This document shows, in pieces, positions 11,301 through 19,722 of a stretch of 64,000 nt of DNA; positions within the stretch are counted from its first letter, which is position 1, and the number at the start of each line of letters is the position of its first letter. The notes below the pieces were generated by a model, which made no database searches, was not told the DNA's origin, and saw nothing but the letters and a program-made list of their open reading frames with translations. Origin of the DNA: Phoronis australis (taxonomy: Eukaryota; Animalia; Phoronida); contig NMRA01000371.1 of the NCBI GenBank assembly GCA_002633005.1, positions 62,001 through 126,000 on the forward strand. Reading direction: 5' to 3'. The translations under genes were made by a program, and so were the position numbers.

Positions 11301-13624
11301 ATGTCGCTTGACGTGCCTGTTTCGTGTACTCGGAAGCGTAGGAGAATAGACGCGAGGTCTCCAAGCAGACATTCACCTGTGTCCAGGCATTGGTTGAGAC
11401 TGGGTTGGCCTTTCATTGAAGCGCTGCAGTCGTATACTATCCGGATAGGTGTTGTGGTTGAGTCCTTTTTTACCGAGTGATGTGGTAAATAATGACCTGT
11501 GGTTGGATCGTCGTTGTGGACTTCTTCAATGAATTTGCGTTGTAGTTGTTCTCGTATTATGTTGTCATAATGCTGTAAATTCTCAGGTGTGAGTCGTTTG
11601 ATCATAGCGCGAGTTCTGTGGTGTGCCATTGCGTAATTGGTAGGCAAGGGTTCGTGGTCTTGTTTCCACGGTAGGGTCGCGATGTACTGTCCCGTGACCT
11701 CATCGCGTTGTAGCGTTTTCCGGTAACTGTCGAATGATGACAATTTGGTGTCGCAACATGTGGGCTCGTCGATTCCAATAGTTTCCAACTCCCAGTAATG
11801 CTTTGTGATGTCATCGGGGCTGTCAATCATAACCTTGAAGGAGGCGCATGTATTCACGTGAGTCTGCAAGTGGGTGGGGCCGGAAAGCATGTACCCAAAT
11901 TTGGTTTGGACGGCTGTTGGTCCATCGCCGCGAATGACGTGATCGCCGACAACGGTCCAGTAGAAATCAGCGCCGATCAGGATGTCAATGTCGAAAGCCG
12001 AACTGCTCACGTGGTTGGCCAGGTCTAGTTGTTGGAGATACGGGTGTGCTGTCACCGTAGGCGGTACGTAATTTCTCATAGGAGTGGAGATTCTTGGAAC
12101 GATCAGTGTAGAAATCTCAATCGGCCCATCCCTTGAGTGCAGGCTGATTGATGTTACCGGTGTAGATTGAATTCCAGTGGTCTTTGCACCGAATGCTGTT
12201 AGATTAATCGTTTCCTTTTGACATCTGTTGACGTCAATGCCGAGCTGGGTGGCGCTTTTCTGGGAAATGAAGGATCTCTGCGCACCCTCGTCAATTAAAA
12301 TATTCGCCGGAACCACAGTTCCTTTGTGACTAACTTTGATTGAAGCCGTCTTCAATAGAATAGCTTCGGAAGTTGGTGTCAGCTTGGCGTGCACATCTTG
12401 AGTCATGGGGGGTGAGTCAGCCGCAGCCGTAGTGTGACTCTCGCAAATTGCTGTGTGATGTCGACCATTGCAGGTGCGGCAATTGAATTTAGACTTGCAT
12501 TCCATAGCCCTGTGTCCCGAATGCAAACAATTTCGGCAAAGGCGGTCTCTTTGGACGATTTCGAGTTTCTTCTGTAGGGTGTCTACCACAGCGCATTCGT
12601 GTGATTTGTGTTGTTTTGACTTACAAAACGCACAGCTTCTCGTAGTCTTGTTGGGAGTGAATTGTTGTCGATTTCGGCGTTGATGTCCCACGTAGAAATT
12701 GTTGGTTGAGGCGATTGGTTCAGAGTATGGCTCTTGCATCGTAGCGGTGCTGAGGGCCTCAATTTCATGGTAGATTGCAGCTCGTAGATCGGAGAGGTGC
12801 CACTCATTGTCACCATGGTCGCGTGACAGTTGAGTGCGCATCCTACCTGGTAAGCGGTTTAGAATAACTGGGACCAACAGGTCACCGTAAGAGTCCTCGG
12901 ACTTCCCGAGTGCATTTAAGCCTCGTACATATGTTTCAATTGTGTCGTAAAAACGACGGAGACTGTCAATGTCCGCAGATGGTGGTGGAATATCCAGTAA
13001 TCCAGTCATGTAAGCGTTAATGATTTTGTGAGTTTGTCCGTATCGTTTTTTCAAAAGTTCCAGCGCGTGTTCGTAATTGGCAGCCGTAAGCGAAAGCCCG
13101 CTGATGGCCTTAGCGGCGTCTCCAAATAATTGCGCTTGGAGATATTGGAATTTTTGCACGTCTGAAAGTCCTCCCTGACTGTGCACTGCCGAATCGAATG
13201 TGTCAAAAAAGGTAGTCCAGTTTTTAATGTCACCACCAAATTTCGGTAGCTGCAGCTTTGGTAGATTTGTCGTTTTTACCGAATGCGAAGCCGTGATCGA
13301 TGCAGGGCCTGTTGTAGAAGAGGCCTGCTCGAGGAATAGAACAATTTTTGCCCGTTGTTTATAGGCGTCCGTGTGATAATTGTCCGATTCCTCGATCGTA
13401 TGTTCGATGGCGTCATCCTCAACGAGGTCAATGACGCTATTGTCCAAAGTTGCTACTAAATCCATTTTTTGTGTTATGAGATCCAGGTTCGTTTTTACGC
13501 CGTCATAGTCCATATCGCTCATGAGTTGTTCAGTCTCTGAAAATAGTTTCGTGATGATGCCGCGGTGGGCTCCTCGTCTCCTCCTCTCGCGAGTAAGTTT
13601 CTGTTGCGCTGTCATAGATTCCAT
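8390..13624 (-). CDS. BEL/Pao Gag-Pol polyprotein (~1744 aa from the first ATG outside the LTR)
   Basis: Motifs in order: DUF1759-type LPKLQLPKFGGDIKNWTTFFDTF; three Cys/His knuckles (CAFC..H..C, CRNC..H..C, CRTC..HH..C); aspartic protease ILIDEGAQRSFIS; RT (SDIEKAF, FGSSSSPF, YVDN); RNase H/Peptidase_A17 (MFCDSS, IPRLEL, WLDSQ, NPADLLTRG); integrase HHCC plus DDE (GVDFTG, SDNA, GGFYER); C-terminal DUF5641-type region. No internal stops or frameshifts. Confidence 0.97.
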   Translation of the reverse strand: MESMTAQQKLTRERRRRGAHRGIITKLFSETEQLMSDMDYDGVKTNLDLITQKMDLVATLDNSVIDLVEDDAIEHTIEESDNYHTDAYKQRAKIVLFLEQASSTTGPASITASHSVKTTNLPKLQLPKFGGDIKNWTTFFDTFDSAVHSQGGLSDVQKFQYLQAQLFGDAAKAISGLSLTAANYEHALELLKKRYGQTHKIINAYMTGLLDIPPPSADIDSLRRFYDTIETYVRGLNALGKSEDSYGDLLVPVILNRLPGRMRTQLSRDHGDNEWHLSDLRAAIYHEIEALSTATMQEPYSEPIASTNNFYVGHQRRNRQQFTPNKTTRSCAFCKSKQHKSHECAVVDTLQKKLEIVQRDRLCRNCLHSGHRAMECKSKFNCRTCNGRHHTAICESHTTAAADSPPMTQDVHAKLTPTSEAILLKTASIKVSHKGTVVPANILIDEGAQRSFISQKSATQLGIDVNRCQKETINLTAFGAKTTGIQSTPVTSISLHSRDGPIEISTLIVPRISTPMRNYVPPTVTAHPYLQQLDLANHVSSSAFDIDILIGADFYWTVVGDHVIRGDGPTAVQTKFGYMLSGPTHLQTHVNTCASFKVMIDSPDDITKHYWELETIGIDEPTCCDTKLSSFDSYRKTLQRDEVTGQYIATLPWKQDHEPLPTNYAMAHHRTRAMIKRLTPENLQHYDNIIREQLQRKFIEEVHNDDPTTGHYLPHHSVKKDSTTTPIRIVYDCSASMKGQPSLNQCLDTGECLLGDLASILLRFRVHETGTSSDIEKAFLNVKLAQQDRNYTKFLWLSNPHDRNSDFKVLRFTSVLFGSSSSPFILNSVLKHHLDIENKPSFTNVTNDVYVDNIVRSMPRGKAKQYYTEINEVLSTAGFHLRSWATNDPRLRSLTIKDNRQDSNPTVNLLGMRWDTTADELSFADKFKSHPLDATTPTKRDVVSTTSSLFDPLGFLSPVHVRAKIFIQKLWIENYRWDDELPESLTEEWRTINADLQKARTTTCNRRYFTEESNDVELHMFCDSSSDAYGAVCFLTTKKESSIVMAKTRVKPLKQITIPRLELMSALVGARLANYVSASIASSLNITKRVLWLDSQIAIHWITGTKKLPIFVQNRVNEVKSAKFDSVNYCPTKDNPADLLTRGITIDQLKKSTLWWHGPSWLTRGDWPLTAVLTTTCESSENVDCTCDNPIAAINTASLGSPDEIGINNIIDINRYATLNKLLRVTAYVMRFTRRLRNTSSYVTVKELQQASLLWIKCAQSEYYSTELQALKANSKSKAPLVKQLNLFLDTDGIIRVAGRMENSTLPYNTKYPILIPSHHRLSHLIIDQAHVLALHSGPQATMNYVRQRYWIPKLRQLVSRFTKSCVICKRVTGRPFPTPVAGQLPACRLLEAPPFTITGVDFTGHLFYHDDNSLSKTNKAYVCLFTCAVTRAVHLEVVTSLTTSSFIRAFRRFSARRSTPSKMISDNASYFVSAAQDIANIFESASNYLTTRKCTWSFIPKRAPWFGGFYERLIGMTKNCLKKTLGHTNITLDELSTLVTEVETVLNNRPLTYVTDDNPDSSPITPAHLLHGRMIMPLPHENLDDFEDPDYTTNPPHDQFGKRVIYLQQLFRKFWTQWRREYLPALREHHAATNKTGGSSKTDIHVGDIVLIHSDSKRVNWPLAIITQLHHGADGYVRSATLKTKNGITNRPVVKLYPLELHHDIGGNTIQDQNQIDNPPRVRRRAADQALQNIKHWTGQLLS

Positions 13625-13635
13625 TACGTCGGGTA

Positions 13636-13648
13636 GGTTTCTGCACCA
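13636..13648 (-). other. Primer binding site (probably tRNA-Phe-like)
   Basis: TGGTGCAGAAACC lies 6 nt inside the 5' LTR boundary. It matches 12/13 the complement of the usual eukaryotic tRNA-Phe 3' end (TGGTGCCGAAACC), recalled rather than searched. Confidence 0.7.
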
Positions 13649-13654
13649 GAAAAT

Positions 13655-13891
13655 TGTGTGGAATGAATTGGGAGAGCAAAAGTGATAACTGGTTCGTGTA
13701 AGGTTAAAAGAACAACTGATTTTATTTGCACGGAAACTACAATATAATAATACAGTCGTGCAGCCACGTGTAGTAATCACGTGGTACGAGTAGGAGGAGT
13801 TAAACTAACCAATAGTATTAAACGTGTAGGTGGGCCCAAATAAGGCACAATTCTCAGAACAGATAAAATCATCAAGAAGTCATTCTTGACA
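13655..13891 (-). repeat. 5' LTR of BEL/Pao element
   Basis: 237-bp copy of 8016-8252, followed on the plus strand by the TSD ATATC. Confidence 0.97.
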
Positions 13892-13896
13892 ATATC

Positions 13897-14900
13897 TTAA
13901 CAAAGATGACGTATATGTCTGGCCTTGCGCTGTATTGTAGAATCAGACAGGAAACAGATTTTGACCAAGACAACATCTTGGTCACTATGGTGCCCAATTC
14001 TGCTGTGATCTTTTAAAACACCTGAATAGCAAACTGTCCCATTTTCAGTGAAGCATAATAAACAACTTCTAAAATTTCATCAAAATGTAGTTTCCATTGG
14101 TCTATGATAAGTCCTTCAAAAACTTGGTTGACAGCAGTTAGCATGTTAACTGATTTGTAACAGGATTTATCCATTCGGTCCCCTTTCTTAAATACTGGAC
14201 TAACCTGACTTTTTTCAGCAAAGAGGGATACTCATTGGAGGCTATACACTATGAATATGTGTGTTAGGGATTTGAATATTGCATGAGCCCCATATGTGAG
14301 GAATCTTGGCTGTAATGAGTCATAACCCATCGATTCATTGCATGTAATGCTCTTCAGCTTACGCAGGAAGTCGTTTTCAGTGACAATTGTATCGATCGTT
14401 CTCCACTTTTGGAGAGAATCGAGGTGACACTCGGATGAGAAGTATAGTCATTTTAAGAGTATGCATTTGGAAACTGGTAACTGATTGATTCCACTGATTC
14501 AAAAAAGTAATTACTAAAGATTTCAGCTGGCTTATCAGCATCCCTGACAACTTGACCATTTTCATACAACGTAATCACATTTCTGATTGTTCCTTCACAT
14601 ACAAAAGGCTTAACACTGTCCCAGAAGAGCTTTGAATTGCACGAGTTATTGATGTCACTGTTTGGAAAAACTGGCATATGGATTTTCTTTTCAATTTAGT
14701 GACTAGATTTCGTTGGGATCTATACTTCTCCCAGTTTTCCGCATTTCTATATTTAAAGTAGCGGCGTCTGAGCACTCCCTTGACATTTATGGATCTTCTA
14801 AGTTCGCCATTCATATAAGGGACAGGAAGCTTCCTTAGGACCTTGGTCTTTATTGGAGCATGAAAGTCAATTACCTCCCTCAAGAGGTCAAACATGAAAC
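13897..14900 (-). pseudogene. Decayed CR1/L2-clade LINE ORF2 fragment (pre-RT linker and RT start)
   Basis: Frameshifted pieces typical of CR1/L2 ORF2: VIDFHAPIKTKVLRKLPVPYMNGELRRSI...WEKYRSQRNLVTKLKRKS, SKLFWDSVKPF, SMGYDSLQPRFL and VSPVFKKGDRMDKSCYKSVNMLTAVNQVFEG. The left boundary is approximate. Confidence 0.88.
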
Positions 14901-17209
14901 ATCAGGCCACTCAGAAGGTCATCAGGTGATTTAAGCCTACTGCTGAGTCATTCTGCAATAACACCCCAGTTCACAAGGTTCTCAGTTATCTTGAGTTCAG
15001 TTGGAAACTTTTCAGAAACCATGTAGGACTTCTTCAACAGTTTGAAGGGCCAAGTCTGTAGGAATTCCAATTTCATAAATCCGACATGTATCACCAAATT
15101 TTAAAATAATTACCCAGGAAACAACATATCCGCGTTGTCATTTAAGCATTTAAAAATTGTAGTTTGTGTGAAAAGGAACACAAGACATAACTATACTAAT
15201 TATCTCAAAATTTAAGAAGGTACACCCTGCCCAAAATTTAATAATTCTTCTACACACATATAGGCAGCTCTTTGCAGGCCCAAATAGTCACAATTTACCC
15301 AAATTGTTACAACAATTTTTGTGGGCCTGTTACGCCGTACGAAATATATACAATTATCATTTTTAGTCGCTTTCTTACCAGAAATTTCCTCATCTGCGAC
15401 TTTGGTGGTTCTGGGACACTTTGAAATATGACTGACAGCCACAGCCCAGAATTAGGCCCTGGGTATAATTTCCGAAACTGTGGCGGGAGAAACAACATTG
15501 GATAACATTTGGGCAACTGCCTGAACCTGTCTGAAACTTTGGTTTGCTTGGCTGATCTGATTAATGAACATAATGAATGACATCCTAAAACTTAAATGTA
15601 TTTCAGAAATTATTCACATGTTTGACACCGTATCCTGTGCTGAGAAAGCAGGCAATGCATTACTTCAGGCTATCCATACTTCCATGTTCGAGTACCTTGG
15701 TTTCGGTAAATCCAATTAAGCGCATGCAAAGGCGCCTATATTCAAAATAATGCCTTTCATTCGCGAGTTTTTTCCTTAAACTAAAATGTCCCACATATAG
15801 GCACATGCACTCAATTGTGGTGTTTTACGGTAAAACAAAGCATTTCTACAAATACTGTCTTGATTGTGTACATTTTCCGGGGTGCAAAATGAAATAACCA
15901 TTGATGATGTCAACTTCAAATTCATGTTGTTCTCAAATTGCCTACTGTTGTCATTGATGAGGGTAAATTTGCGTATTTTTGAATTGTAGTAAATCACTAT
16001 GGTGAAACAATCCATCACTGTAGCTAGAACGTTCCACTGACACAACATGCGCTGTTATGACAATTTGGGCTTGTATTATAGTGCAGAAGGTGAAAGAACT
16101 CACAGAGAATATGGAAACCTATCTCCCACCTAATGGTGCTGTGCAAGAGTACATGTCCTCTAGCTACATACGGGGACTGCGAGTCCTATCGTTTGCACTG
16201 CAACGTGTCTCTGGTTGACTGACAGACACTTCCGAAGAATATGATCATATACAATTACTTAAAATAAGATTTCAGGAACAGACTAATGTCAAAATATGTG
16301 ATATTATGCCTATAATAGTCTTTCAGTGGATGCAGGTGTGTGAGGCAGTCTTCACTGTGACACTATCCCTGGCAACATCACCAAATAAAAAATAAAGTGT
16401 CCCCTGCCCCAATTTCTGCACAAGTCCAAGCCGATATACATGTAACTTGTTATAAATATTCCTTATACCAGATTCCATCAACATAACTAGTTTTATCCAC
16501 ATTCTTTCAGATACAGCTTCTATTGCGAGTAAGTGATGCAATATAATTAGTTGATGGCTCAGGGCTTGGGCTTTTGTTGACAAAATTGCAATAACTTGAC
16601 CAACTATGAAAATTCAAAAACCCACATAGTCTAATTTTTATTCCTCTATTCATATTTTATGCTTTCCATCAATTTGCATATGTCAAAATTATGATCAGGG
16701 GTTAAATTTATCTGCAGAAATAATACAGCGAATATATAATTGCTCGCAAGTTAAGCTTTATTCATTTGTCACCCCGACATTTTCATTTTTTACCTGGCAG
16801 CAAACTAATAAAGCATTTACTTGGCTCATTGGCAGGCATTCAGGTCACTACATGACGCCATTACGTAAAAAACTGAGAGTATAAGGTGGCAGACAGTTCG
16901 ATTCGTCATTGTCCGAGAAAGGTAAAAACAGACAAAATTAAACGGGGTAAGATGGTTCCCTAACATCTGATGAGAATTTAATTTGGTTTTTACTAGCACA
17001 CTCAACAGGTATTTTTCTCCCATTCATCTGAGATATGTCCATTTCACAAATTTGTAAAAAAAAAAATTGTGATGCCCCATCAGCTCTACGTTAGCTAAGT
17101 ATTGGCTAGAAAAGGTCATTGATGGTCAATGCGCCATGGGCAAACCGACGGTTTCTGGTTCGATTTCAGGTAAGGCAAATTACAACGCCTGCAATGCCAT
17201 AGGAATATA

Positions 17210-19279
17210 GGGGTAATAGTACACCGTCATTAAAAGTTATTAATCTCGAAATACAACGAATAAAATCGAATGAAACATGAAAAAGTACACATGGAGTCAT
17301 AATTAAAAATACTATGACCCTCAATACTCTTTAATCAACCGGTTTGAACATATCCATGAAAATCTCATAATTGTGGTTTGCTCGAGCTTCCTCACCCCGA
17401 TGCCATTTTGAGGAAGTTAGGCAAAATCACGCCTGCTGACGAAAAAACAGTCCAACAGTCAAAAATCTAGTACAAATTCCACCGTACATCTTCCCGTGCT
17501 ACTTTTTGCAAATGTAACATGCTAGCTCACGCGCTTCGCTCAGTCTTGCACTTATATATCCTTGCTGAACTCACGCGATGTCAATTGAAAAAAATAGTTT
17601 GTGGTAATTGCACGCAGTGAAAAAGTAGAATTCTTCGCCAAAGCCATCTTAATTCCTGAAGACATGATTCATCAAAGATATGTGTATAGTCTATACCAGA
17701 AATGATCGCTGAAGATTTAGTAAAATCAAAGCCCCTTTTTAAGAGACAATTTAAAGTGTAAAATGTACTTTTGAGGAGGTGAAAACCTTTTATTCAGTGA
17801 CCGCATTTGGACTACTGCCCATTTAAAATGTACGGTATGAAATTAGTACAGAAAGTGATGGTAGCGAGGACAGCATTCTTCAGCGAATCGCTTCGCGTAT
17901 CTGTCACCGTGTTAAATTCGCTCACTACAATCGGCAAAAAATAACTCCAAAATGTAATAAATGTGAATAAAAATTATTGCAAACTATGAAAAAATATATT
18001 GTTTTACTTATCTGATAATCTTTTTTTGTCGCAAAATTCGTTTAATAATACTTTGCACGAGTTTTTTGCAGGGACGTGACCGATTTTTCAGACCAAAATG
18101 GATGCCGGTAAAAATGAGTGCTATTTGGTTTTCAACCCAGGAGAAGACTAAACTCGCGAATTTTTACGTGAAACTTCGTGAAAGAACAAAAGGGAGCCTT
18201 GCGAACACGATTATGTAAGTAGTTTTCACTTTCCTGCACTTAAAAGTTGAAAAAGTCGCCTGTTCCCGCGACCTTCAACTTCGAGCTGAATTTATTGGTA
18301 TATAGAATAATTTGCGAATGTAATGAACTGTATTCCGCACTAAAGGGTTCATTAATGAACTATTTCAAACACTTGTTCTAAACGAACATTTCGTCAATTT
18401 CTGACAATCGGGCGAATTTCTGACTCACTTCGTAGTTCCGGGTACTGCCGCTAGGGGTGGTCCTGTGAATCGCGTTGAATGTTTGGTTTACAATACTGAA
18501 GCACTTCAACTTTTGCTGATGAAAACTCAATGTAAAAGAGAACTAAACAGTCATTTCTCGTAGTGAGAACAATGATTCTTATATTTAANATGTAAAAGTT
18601 TTATTTATTATATGTCTTTCAGAAGCTTGTATTAAAATGTTCTATATATCATACTTGTCATCAATACATTTTTGAAATGATGTTTGTTTATCTTTGATTT
18701 TTACTTAATGTAATTGAGTGACAAAGTTAAGCCGGTTGCAAACAGCATGATTGTTAAAAACAATATCACAAATAATATTAATAATTTGCTCAACCAATTA
18801 TCAAGTTTCAACTTTCCTGATGAAAAATCTTTAAAATGATACCTTATTTGTTTTTTTCCTGGAGTAATTGTTATTTTATGAAAATTCGAAATCGCAAAAT
18901 TGTACGTAGTGACTTCTCTTTGTCGGCTGTGTTGACTTCAAGGTCAATATCTTCGCACAAGAACGTCTAATCGAAATGGTTTTTTGGCAAATTATTCATC
19001 ATAAAAAGTTCTTTAAAATGATGTATTACATGTCTATTTACGTTTCTTAGTTTTGAAATAATAATACTTTGAACTCGCAGATTCGATTTGACAGAATTTT
19101 TACCAAAAATTTTGACACGAAAATGACATTTTCTCCGGAACCATAAGTCCAATTTACAAAATTTTACTATCGTTATTTTAGTCTCGAAAAGAGCTTTCTA
19201 ATGATGTATATTACATGCACATTTTCTAAAATTTTTGAAAAATGCTGTCCTCCCTAGTGATGGCGAGTATTGTATCCCC
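17210..19279. mobile_element. Probable ~2-kb non-autonomous DNA transposon, superfamily unassigned, with an assembly N inside
   Basis: TA|GGGGTAATAGTACACCGTCAT ... ATGGCGAGTATTGTATCCCC|TA (imperfect TIRs, TA flanks). CpG-richer interior. Subterminal motif ctttaaaatga(t) recurs at ~18830, ~19011 and ~19194. Confidence 0.45.
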
Positions 19280-19588
19280 TAATCGGCCTAAACCCTACCT
19301 ATGTTGCACCCGAGGAGATACCCTGCAACGTGTTGCCCAGTTAGGCCAGTAGTCAGTACTCGTATTGCAATAACTGAATAAGGGGATTGACTTTACTCGA
19401 CAATTTTAATTATCAAAATACAGCCACTTTGATTCTGTCCTACATACTAGACAAACTTTCGATGACTACCTGTGTATCCTAGGAACCAAGCTGTATCTTA
19501 TCTGTCGATGAGTTTGCAACACGTCACGACTGTTTATGTAACACCTTCCGCCAAACAGCACTATCTTGAAAATATTACCTCGAAGTTT

Positions 19589-19630
19589 GCGCCCCCTGTT
19601 GGAACGAGTGCCGATCACGTGACTAGCAAC
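19589..19630 (+). promoter_or_regulatory. Candidate core promoter of the plus-strand gene: CTCF-like motif, E-box, RFX X-box-like site
   Basis: GCGCCCCCTGTTGG (reverse complement CCAACAGGGGGCGC) at 19589-19602, TCACGTGAC at 19615-19623 and GTGACTAGCAAC at 19619-19630, about 100 bp before ATG 19723. Motif matches only. Confidence 0.5.
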
Positions 19631-19722
19631 TTGATTCGTTTACAAATGGCAGGCACCTGTTCTTTCTCTTCGGATATTCAATAAAATATTTCAAGAAAAT
19701 ATCCAATCTTTTCTTGTTTCAA

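Larger units (their letters stand above)
8016..13891 (-). mobile_element. Full-length BEL/Pao LTR retrotransposon
   Basis: Two 237-bp direct repeats with TG...CA ends, a 5-bp TSD ATATC at 8011-8015 and 13892-13896, PBS and PPT in the expected positions, and a single gag-pol ORF in the order Gag-PR-RT-RH-IN. Confidence 0.98.

Noticed and set aside
8952-13239. Short overlapping and antisense ORFs within the BEL element
   Set aside because: Shadow ORFs of the gag-pol frame with no recognisable motifs; no env-like or accessory gene.
13625-13780. N-terminal 52-aa extension (MITTRG...) of the 1796-aa ORF
   Set aside because: It starts at a non-ATG codon inside the 5' LTR and crosses the PBS. The same peptide appears from the 3' LTR (7917-8141). 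The first ATG at 13624 is the plausible start.
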